From positions 1-64,000 of the forward strand of contig KZ538323.1 in assembly GCA_000934665.2 (NCBI GenBank): DNA of 64,000 nt, read 5' to 3'. The DNA comes from Catajapyx aquilonaris (Eukaryota). A program made the translations under genes and the position numbers. The notes beneath the pieces are model-generated. The model did no database searches, had not been told where the DNA came from, and worked only from the letters and a program-made list of their open reading frames with translations. Shown here piece after piece: positions 11,587 through 22,107 of this stretch. Each line of letters opens with the position of its first letter. Within the stretch, counting starts at the first letter, position 1.

Positions 11587-12605
11587 GGTTGTGTGTTTCC
11601 CTTCCCCGTTCCCCCTCCTCAGTTTGCTTTGTGAACTTCATCGGTTCATCCTTCCGAAGCAAACCAAGCATTTACGAAGCTGTTGAGTGTGTATTGTCCA
11701 GTTTTTGGTTCAGTTTTTCACATTTCAAGTGATAAAACTACTGTGCAACTGGTGCGTCAACAGTGATTCTGGTGACTTTTTCCCCAATGACTCCTTACAG
11801 GGAAAATGTGATGACTGTGTCACGTTTGTAGTAAAGAAAAGAGAGAAGATAAAGAGAATAACTCACTGTGTGAAACAAGTGCCAACTTTTTGGGGGTTGC
11901 AGTCATACCAAGGGTGAACTCTTTCCTTTCCTGCATTCCGTTACAATTGGAAGGAATCACAAAGTATACCATTCTGCATGCTTACCATTGGGCGATCATA
12001 ATGCTTATTGAGCCAACTCTTAATCACCAACCATAGTTCACATGTCCTGCACATTTGCAATGCTAAGAGTGGCTTACCTTTGCTTCTTTAAGCATGCACT
12101 TAGGGTACAAGTTTGGAAAATGATGCATGTGCAGCATGTGCAGATCTCGCTAGTAATATCAAAGCCACATCTCCTCCTTTCTTTTCTGGACGCCACTAGT
12201 GGACCACATATCTTCCGGCACAAACCCACAACTAGCAACTGACCAAATCCCTCCTACAGGCTTCTGTGGCTTCCTGCACAGCTTCCTTTGTTCCTAGTGT
12301 GGTGTTACCAGCTGGTATGTAACATGCTGACGGCAAGCCTTGTTAGTTGACTGGGTATTAGAGGAGGGATGGTTTGGATGGCAAAGGTTGGGCTTGGCTA
12401 GGGTACGTATAGGTGGGAGGAGAACCAGCTCTAGCTGAGGCCAACCCAAGGAGGGCGTTACTGTACCTGTAAGGCCCTGAAATGTGAGTTGGGTCTGAGG
12501 TCGACCACGCCAGTGGACACACTGATCTCCCCAGCCTATTTCCAGGCAAGCTAGCGTTTAACAAGATGTAATAGTTATAACAATAGAGTACCATCCTGTA
12601 ATTAA

Positions 12606-13203
12606 CACTTAATCACCAACTTGAATCTGCCATACATAGACTACGACGTGGGGTCTTTAAGGACCCCAGGCAGTTTTCATTATAGCACTAAAGCCATTCT
12701 GCAGCGCTAAATTCGGCCTGTATTCTCATATGTATGTGTAAAAAAAATCGATCTCCTGTGACCATTGGTTGAGTCATAAGGGACTTGACACTCCGTTATT
12801 GCAGCTTCGTAGCCTTCCAGCTCGATGCCGTAAGTAATGGCTTATAACGTGAACATTCCCAGCTGCAGGGTCTGCAAGATTTTAGTTCCAAGCAATATTT
12901 ATTGCTGAATAACAACACTCACACTTTGTAAAATGCAATGTGCTGTGATGTGTTCTCTAAAAAATTATGTACATTGGCTACGACGTGGGGTATATCTGGA
13001 CCGCACAGTGACGCTTAGCAGCATAAAAGTACCGGTAACTCGGCAAAAAGAAATTCAATTGATGTCAATATTTTTCATTGGATCGAAGAAAGTATGGCTG
13101 AGGAATATAGACTAGCCATTTTTCATTTCATACTAAATTATTAATTGCGATGGTATTAACTACATTGTGGGGTCCAAAAAGATCCCACATTGGTGATTAA
13201 GTG
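12606..13203. mobile_element. piggyBac-type MITE
   Basis: TTAA on both sides (12602-12605, 13204-13207). Perfect 14-bp TIR cacttaatcaccaa / ttggtgattaagtg. Repeated internal motif ctacgacgtgggg. Confidence 0.85.
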
Positions 13204-13511
13204 TTAAAATGCGTGTTTCCAACCCTCTTAAGTTCTCCGCTACTGATCACCTTAGACAACATAAATGTGAGTTTTCTAGGATGTCTGACCTGGCCTTAAC
13301 TGCTTTATTTTTAGTTGAATATATTTATTTCATATTTCAACTGTTGGTAACTGAAACCTCAGGTAATGGGGAACATTATATATTTATTTCTCTTCAGTTT
13401 CATGACATGATGGAAACATCATACAAGGTGACTCTAAACTCTAAAGTTAGGATACATACAGTGCAGAAAACTATCTGAGGACATCATGTTCCATGACGCA
13501 TATGCCAAATA

Positions 13512-14239
13512 CGAGGTAGGTTTAAAAAGTTTTGCCTCCTATGCGATATAATTTCAATAATATGCAAGATACACACATAAACATACTGTATGTCTGGTGA
13601 AAGCTGGGAACGTCCTCTACCAAAGGGGGTCATAAGTTTTCCACGAAGTCACCATCCCTAGTCACATGCATGCGCCAATGTCGGAGCAGTTGTCCCGTCA
13701 GAGAAGACATCAGGCGTTTTCTCCTGGCACCAGCAATGCACATCTGCTTGCACCTCCACATCACTGGTGTAGTGGTGTCCCTTCAGGTGTACATGAAGCT
13801 TCTTGAAAAGGAAAAAGTCGCAAGGTTAGAGATACAGGCTGTATGGCGTCTGATGCTGCAATGTATCCTTTGTTTGTCGACTTGCGTATAGACAGGCATT
13901 GTCATGGTGTACAATTGCCATGCAGCCTGTATCTCTCACTGTGATTTTTTTCCTTTTCAAGTACGGTAGCTTAAAGAACACCTGAAGGGACACCACTACA
14001 CCAGTGATTCGGAGATGCAAGCAGATGTGCAACGCTGGTGACAGGAGAAGACGCTTGATGGCTTCTCCGACACTGGTCAGACATTGGTGCATGTGTATGA
14101 CTAGGGTTGGTGACATTGTGGAAAAACAACCCTTTTGTAGAGGACATTCCAAGCTTTCACCAGACATACAGTCTATGTGTGTATCTTGCATATTATTGAA
14201 ATTATTCCATAGGAGGCAAAACTTGTCAAACTGACCTCG
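13512..14239. mobile_element. Palindromic mariner derivative made of two inverted transposase 3' ends
   Basis: TA flanks and ~340-bp inverted arms. The right arm translates (with frameshifts) to PCSLYLS..CDFFLF...LKGHHYTSDSEMQADVQRW...LVRHWCMCMTRVGDIVEK, homologous to the mariner YSPDL...GDYVEK C-terminus. Confidence 0.88.
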
Positions 14240-14879
14240 TATTTTTCTAAATATTTGGCAACATATTGTGCAAGTGGAAACTGGCTATAAGCGGTAGAGT
14301 CCGGAGCAAGTGATCCTTGCTTGCACTTTGTGGCTTTTGCCCAAGTTTTGTGATTTCCCATCAGTTTATTATCATTGTCATTCAGTTTTTGCTATCGTTT
14401 GGGACCTTATATTTATACTTTAGGTCTATAAAATTATTTCGGCTTTTTTTAATTTTCTGTAGTAACATTATCCTCCATATGGCCGAAAAAGTAACATTTT
14501 TGTGCCCGTTTGAGAGTTGTTTCATGCCTATTTAAGGGTTTATTTGTGCCTAAAAATCCAGACTAGGAGAATACTGTATAGCATTCTGCATGTCTATATG
14601 AAGATTGATGATGACTTCCAATAATAAGCAGAGGGTTAGTTTTATGGATGAGTGAAGTAAGAGGTTTTTAAATTCATAAGTCATGCCCATAAATAAAACA
14701 AAAACCTGCATGTGCATCTGTAAAAGCTCCCATATGTGCCCATTCACCGTATTCAGAGATACCACGTGAACGGTAGACGACACCCCCCACCCCCGACAAA
14801 CAGTGGTATATCAGCAGACCCCATCCCCCCAAAACTGTCACACAGTATTTGCAACGTTTGCATTTCTATCCAAGGCAGT

Positions 14880-15041
14880 ATGGAGTGGACAATCATGGGA
14901 TGTTTCGTTGCTGGTTTTATGCTAATCATCTTGGGAGTAATGATGATGATGCACCCCCCGGGACCAAAGACGGAGGAGCGGCTCCGCAAATTCTTCAAGA
15001 CCGTCGTGATCAGCTCATTCACAGGCCTTCTGGCTGAATGA
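14880..15041 (+). CDS. Putative 53-aa single-pass membrane micropeptide
   Basis: agtATGg context just after a pyrimidine-rich acceptor-like tract (tttctatccaAG). MEWTIMGCFVAGFMLIILGVMMMMHPPGPKTEERLRKFFKTVVISSFTGLLAE*, with locally raised GC. No homology recognised. Confidence 0.3.
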   Translation: MEWTIMGCFVAGFMLIILGVMMMMHPPGPKTEERLRKFFKTVVISSFTGLLAE

Positions 15042-15264
15042 GAAGGTAATGAGAATATACGAGTCAATTTGTACGCATGTTGTGACACTTGTTACCAAAA
15101 GCTCTCAGTCCAAGATGGGGGTAAGTGAAAAAGTTCACCATTTTGTATGTGTGGTTTTTTTGAGAGTTCTCAGGAGGTGGAGCCACCTTTCTGGATTCAC
15201 TAAACATGAAATGATTTCAGCCACTGCAGCCACTAATCTGTTGCTTAGAATTGCATTGTAGTGT

Positions 15265-17641
15265 TAGTCCGGGCCCTAAGCGCAAAAATCAGGCCTAACC
15301 TTGCACTTTGTGAGAAAAAGGTGCCACTTGGCACATATGTTCCTTAGGCCTATAGGAGCAATTCCAGAGTTGCAGGCAACTGATCGGCCCCTTAGGTCAC
15401 GAGTTATGCGGTGTTGCCAACATGGCAGGGGATGACCTGAGCGTTTTTTAACGTTGCATTTTGTGATAAGAAGGTACCGCTTGGCACATATGTTCCCTAG
15501 GCCTGTAGCAGTCGTTTGAGACATGGCGGCACTTGATCGGCTCCTTAGGTCAGGAGTTATGCGGTGTTGCCAACCTGGTCCTGGACCTAAGCGTTTTGAG
15601 CCATTTTTAACTTTGCATTTTGGGATAAGAAGGTGCCACTTGGCACATATGTTCCTTAGGCCTATATGAGCAATTTCAGAGTTGCAGGCAACTGATCGGC
15701 CCTTAGGTAACGAGTTATGCGGTGTTGCCAACATGGCAGGGGATGACCTGAGCGTTTTTAATGTTGCATTTTGTGATAAGAAGGTACCGCTTGGCACATA
15801 TTATGTTCCCTAGGTCTGTAGGAGTCGTTTGAGAGATGGCTTAAAGTCATTCTGATGGCACAAACAGACACTGGAACATTTCTTAGAACTCTACTGCAAC
15901 TTCTCGAATGTTGTAAATAAGGAAACAAACGAACAAACAACTGTACTTTATACATTATACGTGTAACATACATTAACTCATATCCCATTGACAACGGCCA
16001 CCGCACTGGCCAAGTTCTGTGCACGGCAAATTAGCTTTTTTACACTTGCACTCCACCATGCACAATTTCTTGCATCCGCATTTTATTATTATCATTTTAT
16101 TATTATTTATCCGCATACTTTATTATTTTACTGCTGGCGTTTGAAGTTGAAATTCTGGAGAGGGTACTGTTCTATGTAGCAGGACCATTGCAGAAAATAC
16201 ACTTTGCCTTATCAAAAGCACCACTAGAACGTCGAGTTATATTTTATTTAGTAACAACCAAACACCATTATAATTCACACAAATGTACTACTACCCACCT
16301 TTTATACTATTTTGAGGCATTCTTGGAGTTCGTGGATCTAAAAATAACATGACGAAGGTCTTCGGTGAATATTATGCGATTCACGAGTCCTGGCCTGTTA
16401 GGCTCCTCCCCCGTCCTCTGCCCTCTGAAAGCGACGTTGCCACGTCCGCGTCCGCGTCCTCCATGGCCTCACACGCCTGCCAGGAGGATGGGGGAGAGCA
16501 CTTTTTACACTTCTTTTTCACTCGTTGTCTATTTCGGCCAATCAGAGACGTAGCGTTAGATAGTACTAGGCTAGATATTCCCCCATGCCAAAAATCATTT
16601 CTTAAATCAAAGTCGTTTGGGCGTGGTGATTTTTTGAAGGCTAGATCACGTGACCGGCCTACAAGCCTAACCGCGGCCAATCGAGGCCGCTCCTTTTGCA
16701 CACGGGGCCTACTCGCCACCCCCAACAACATATCCGAAGCAGAAGAAATCAATTTTGGGATCCTTTTTAGTACTATGCTTAATGCATGAGGTCCTTTAGG
16801 TTTATACTTCATACCCGCCAAAAAGGATGAAAAATACCATTGAATGCCATCCACATACACTAGTTTCCAGAAAATTACGCAAGTGACACATTTTCGCTAT
16901 ATTCAGGGTGCTTTGTGGATAGGTGTCACCTCATTACCTTGTAATACTTAGGCAGAGGGGATCTGTATCATTCTATGCCATTTTAATGAGGTTTTATCCG
17001 ACATTTACGAGGTTTCCATGTTTTGAGCCTGACCAGGTTGGCAACACCACATAACTCCTGACCTAAGGAGCCGATCAAGTGCCTCCATCTCTCAAACGAC
17101 TTCTACAGACCTAGGGAAGATGTCTGCCAAGTGGCACCTTCTTATCACAAAGTGCCGAGTTAAAACGCTTAGTTCCCTGATCAGGTTGGCAACACCGCAT
17201 AACTCGTGACCTAAGGGGCCGATCAGTTGCCTGCAACTCTGAAATTGCTCCTATAGGCCTAAGGAACATATGTGCCAAGTGCCACCTTCTTATCCCAAAA
17301 TGCAAAGTTAAAAATGGTACAAAACGCTAAGGTCCAGGACCAGGTTGGCAACACCGCATAACTCCTGACCTAAGGACCCGATCAAGTGCCGCCATCTCTC
17401 AAACGACTCCTACAGACCTAGGGAACATATGTGCCAAGCGGTACCTTCTTATCACAAAATGCAACGTTAAATCGCTCTGGTCATCCCAGGCCATGTTGGC
17501 AACACCGCATAACTCGCGACCTAAGGGGCCGATCAGTTGCCTGCAACTCTGGAATTGCTCCTATAGGCCTAAGGAACATATGTGCCAAGTGGCACCTTCT
17601 TATCACAAAGTGCAAGGTTCAGGCGCTTAGGGCCCGGACTA
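15265..17641. mobile_element. Foldback-type non-autonomous DNA transposon with ~600-bp modular inverted arms (possibly Academ-like)
   Basis: Termini tagtccgggccctaagcgc / gcgcttagggcccggacta, with tgt on both flanks (3-bp TSD candidate). Arms 15265-15840 and ~17020-17641 are each built of about four 150-160-bp subrepeats of two alternating types. Confidence 0.85.
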
Positions 17642-17649
17642 TGTTGATC

Positions 17650-18275
17650 GTGCCTTACAATTCAGAACAGCCCCCAGCAACTCCTATCATACGGCAGCGG
17701 ACTTAGTCTCCGCCATCCTGGATTTGACTTCAACCAGAGGCTGGAAAACCTTTGAAAATGCATGCTCATTCTGTTCAGGCATGTAATTATTATTAACCTG
17801 CATACACTTTTGTTGTTGCTGGTGCTGTCATTGGTGTTGCCAGTAATTACATGGCAGGTGTGGGTGCTTAGTGTTTCATTTTCTAATTTTCTTACTTGGA
17901 GGCTGCCTTATTTTTGAACTAATTTACAGGGGGCATCATTTCAACTTAGCACATATGTAATCTGCAGAAAGCGATAGAAGTTAAATAATGTGATAAACAT
18001 AGCAATAGCATATCTTTCCCCACTAGCACAGTCATAAATGGAAATATATTGCCTGAAAGCTACGCTGAGCACATCATCTGGCCCTTTCCCGCTCATTGCT
18101 AGGAGGGGCATGAGAACCCCAAACATGGTGACCAAAACGTCACTTTTCCAGCCTCTGCTTCAAAGGTAACCCTTTGCAGTGCCAAATCCGGGGTTGCGAC
18201 TGGCAGAGACTCTCTAAGTCCTTAACCATAAGCCTAGGATAGGAGTTGAAGGAGGTTGATCCAGAATAACAGGCA
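17650..18275. mobile_element. Old MITE-like element with degraded inverted repeats
   Basis: caactcctatc...cctggatttg...cagaggctggaaaa (~17678-17748) is mirrored by ttttccagcctctg...caaatccggg...gataggagttg (~18144-18248). Confidence 0.55.
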
Positions 18276-18330
18276 TTCCCAACTAAATGCTTTTTCTTTT
18301 TTTCTCAACAGCTGACGGTGTTGGAGGAAA

Positions 18331-18535
18331 GTTTCCCGTTTTCGACTTTGTAGTGGCGACTGACTGCTGTGTGAAGGAGCTCAATAATTGAGCTCCTTCA
18401 CACAGCAGTCAGTCGCCACTACAAAGTCGACTTTGCAGAGGTTACTACCTGCGATGCGTCTTCCCAGTCAAACGCAAATTTGACTGGGAAGACCCACCGC
18501 AGGTAGTAACCTCTGCGAAGTCGACAATGGGAAAC
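18331..18535. repeat. T/Y-shaped double palindrome
   Basis: Perfect 44-bp inverted repeat 18342-18385 / 18387-18430. Second, near-perfect hairpin at 18426-18525. Closing arms gtttcccgtt / aatgggaaac. Confidence 0.95.
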
Positions 18536-18910
18536 AAATGAAGCGGCCACCGGATGGCAATACTGTATCAGCCATCTGGGCAAGAATTAAATCAGCCGCA
18601 GTAGAAACTAAAAGTGCCAGACTTGTTGTTTATTCCTTGCTCCCTAACCCCGTTGTAGTATGAGATACACGAGACTGTTCACTGTGCACTTCACCTCACA
18701 CAATGTCCAGATGCAATCTCAAGTGTTGCAACTAGCCTGGTATTCACAGGCTTGCTAAACTTTTGGACTATTTTAGGGGCGATAGCGACATGCTGCTTTA
18801 TGTGAGGTAATAATTAGGTATAACAACAGAACTATTTAATTTCATGGCTTTATTGTACAAAAAAAGGCGGCTGAAAAATGCCAAGTCATATCTGTTCTCG
18901 TCTCACTCCT

Positions 18911-21013
18911 CTAATCCCAAAGCTTGATGACTCCGTCCCATCCAGCCGAGGCAACTTTGGAAGTTTCATGCGGATGCCACAGTATCCCAGAGCAGACGCC
19001 ATCATGCGCCTTCCACTTGCTGTACAATTTTGTGGTCTTCCAGTCCCACACGTAGCACTTCCCGTCAGCATCACCCGACACCAGGTAACTGCAAAAGGTT
19101 TGATGATGTTACAGAGCATTGTCACGTACGGCTAGATGCAATTTTGGCACGTGTCAACGGCCGTTTAAATGAAGGAATCTGTCACAAAGAGAGACCAACC
19201 TCATGTCCGGTGAGAAGTCAAGCATGCAGGCGTATCCTGCAACCATGTGTCCGGTGAAGGTCTTCTTCCTGTTCATCTTGAATCGGTTGAGGGCAGAGAA
19301 GATGACAATCTTGTTGTCCATGCTCTGACAGGCCAGCCACTTCTGGTTGGGTGAAGCTGTGACTGCAGGCATCGAGTGCATACTTGGGTCCGCTATGTAC
19401 TTCATGTCGACTGGGATGTCCCTATTCAAGAGAAGTATGTGAGGAACATTTAGGCTTGAGTTGGACGACTACTTACCATTCCCAGACGCGCAAACTCTTG
19501 TCATCAGAGGTGGTGACAAAGCGACGGTTGTCGTCGACAAACGTGATCGTGTTGACAGCGCCCAGATGGCGATCGTACTCCTGTACTATCTCACCTGAAC
19601 GAATGTCCCACTGCAGAGAGGTACATGTACTTAGTAACCCATCAAGTGTCAGTAATTTTCAAAATACTCACGCATATGATCTTCTTGTCGGATGTCCCTG
19701 CGACAAACAAGTGTTGCTTGTCCTCATCCGGATTGAACTTGACGCAATAGGCAATCTTCCTGCAGGTAAACCGTGACACGCAAGTCCCCTTCTCCGTGTC
19801 CCACAGCTTGATGTACCTGTCGTACGCCGCCGAGAGGAACTGCTTTCCATTGTTGCTGAAGCACACATCCCTGACGCTCTGCCGATGCCCAATGTAGGTC
19901 CTCACGCACCTCCTGTCCTTGTACACCTCCCACAGCTTGACCCTGCAGTCCATACTTGAGGACAGGAGAAGGTGGGCTGTGCGTGGGAACCAACGTATTG
20001 CAGACACCCCCTTCTTGTGTCCCTGCCAGGTGTGCACGAGCTTCTTCGGAATGAAGCACTTCTCTGGTGGGTCGTCGGTGTGCAGGTTGACATCCACATC
20101 GTGAGGAGCGTGAAGGAACGACCGTCCCTGGTAATCCGTGGCTTCTTTGACTGCAAGAGAGACTCATTGAACATACTGCTCAACCACACAAATGGGTTGA
20201 ACTTACTGTGCAAGATAGACTTCTCCTCGATGGGTTTGTCGTCTGTGAACTTCCCCTTCTTCTGCCTCTTGGCCAGTATTTCCTCCAACTCGGCAGCCTC
20301 CTCCTCCGTCGGCCGCACTACTCTCTGCTCATCCACAAACCCGGCCCACGGACCCAAAAACCCATCAATGTCCCCTGGATTGTTATTCTTCTTCTTCCGC
20401 CTCTTATCCAAAGGCCGATTCCCTGTGCTTTCAAATATAGTTTTCCCATCCATTTCCTTCGCCGCTTCCGACTGACCCACCAGCTTGGTTCCCTCGCTCG
20501 TACTGACATCCACCGTGGGATCCAAAGCGTATCCGAAGCTCGCAAAAGTCCTCCGCTGCACCTCAAACTGGAAGTCATTAATATGCGCCGGTTCCACATA
20601 CCCCGCAATCATATTCTTAGGCGCCTTTTGCTGCGTACTCTTAAACGGATTAGTCGGCCCAACTTCAGGTGCGAACAGCTCCTCATACCTTGGGTTGAAT
20701 GTCAACTCCTTACAATTCGGATCCACAGGCTTCACCGGATCAAGCTCATTCTGTAATTATTATTAATTATTAATTATTCTGCACCAATTTTTTTCCTTGT
20801 TGTTCTTACGTTGTGTGTTACTTCAGGCGCGGCGCAAACCTGCAGCTTGTTCTGCAGCGCCGCGATGCTCCCTCCTCCTTCCAACGGCAGAAGATGCTGC
20901 GCCACCGTCTCCCCCATCGACGACGATCCTCCAGTCCTAAGATACTCATCTTCAGACTCACTTTCCTCGCTACTTGTCCCGTAATTACTTCGCAACGCAA
21001 GAATTCCGGCCAT
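18911..21013 (-). CDS. CDC40: Pre-mRNA-processing factor 17 (CDC40/PRP17), WD40 splicing factor, ~586 aa; exons 21013-20810, 20750-20207, 20150-19672, 19610-19477, 19421-19200, 19088-18911
   Basis: Diagnostic motifs [76 protein letters not shown] and [21 protein letters not shown]. All introns are GT-AG with consistent phases. AATAAA on the minus strand near 18850. Confidence 0.97.
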
Positions 21014-21500
21014 CTTTGATTCTAAAAAAATAAAATAATGGAGGACACAAATCACATCGCGGTGAAAAATAACCGCTACTTCGAACGACCACTGTGCACA
21101 TTTTTAGCCCAATTAATGCATAGTAATGACAAATTAAAAATTGATATTAATTACGTAACAGTGCATGTTTACAACCGGAACAATCCGGTGTGTTAAACAG
21201 GCCGGTTTCGTCCAGTGCGTAAGTCGCAGTTAATGTGGTCGTATAGTCCGTGACGTCATTCAGACGCTGACATCTGGCGGCAGCTATCAGAACCACACCG
21301 TTTGAAAGCAGCCCTTGAAGCAGCCGCACGAATGCGCCCACAATTATTCTTAAATTTAAACCTCAATTTTGCCAGTATTTTTTAATTACCCACAGTAAAT
21401 TAGCGTTAATCCGATTATTAATTGCTGATTAGGGATATGTGTAGATGAGGCAGATCCCGAGCGGTGTCACCACCTGCCGGCTTGATCCGGAAGCTTCAAC
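21014..21500. promoter_or_regulatory. Putative bidirectional promoter between CDC40 and SCAR/WAVE
   Basis: CpG-rich interval between the CDC40 ATG and a + strand exon ending at the donor GTGAGT (21640). CRE-like TGACGTCA at 21251. YY1-like cgccatttt near 21506. Confidence 0.6.
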
Positions 21501-22052
21501 CGCGACGCCATTTTGGGTTTTGGAACGTTCGACTGCGGCCTCTTTGGAAGTTTTTTTTTTCCCTCAGTGTTCCGCCCCGGGTCTCTGCCCCTGGTTCGGC
21601 CCCTTGGTGCAGACTGGCAGTATGGTTCGACCTGCAATGGTGAGTGTTTCAGCCCCGGCAAAGGGCCGAATAAAAGAAAGGGTGTGTGTAGGGGGCCCCA
21701 CCCCTCCCCCCCAGCCGCCTTGCCCCCTCACTCCCCCCCCTCATCCACTTAATGAGGTGAGGTCATGGCACTGACCTGTCTTGTAAGTTAATTACTTGCG
21801 GGTGACATTAAGGACACTGCTGAGGTTCTAGTAGGAGGGGGGTTAACAGGGTGCTTCCTCTGGCAAAGGTTCAGTGGTGACGTGAAGTAACGGATCGTAC
21901 GGTTATGTCATGTTTGGTAATTGGTTGGGTGGAACGGAACACTGACAGTTCTGATGGTCGCTGTACGTAACTCATAAGGAGCGATGCATGGTGAAACATA
22001 CAACCAACAGCATGGTTGTGAGTTTTAGTTAGAAACTTTTCCGCAAAATCTA

Positions 22053-22107
22053 CAGGGTGATCCAAAAATTTGGACACATAAGGTGTCCAGACTCTATGAT
22101 CACCCTG
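22053..22107. mobile_element. 55-bp miniature Tc1/mariner MITE
   Basis: TA-flanked cagggtgatc...gatcaccctg with an inner ggacac/gtgtcc pairing. Confidence 0.7.

Noticed and set aside
16349..16860. 146- and 159-aa overlapping ORFs in the foldback core
   Set aside because: No transposase or other motif; best explained by local GC richness.
15265..17641. CRISPR-like arrays here and at 35765-36360, 37893-38170 and 57822-57885
   Set aside because: The repeats are contiguous with no unique spacers, no cas genes are present, and the context is eukaryotic.
19972..20766. Plus-strand ORFs overlapping CDC40 (and minus-strand ORFs over SCAR and the F-box genes)
   Set aside because: They are antisense shadows of real coding exons.
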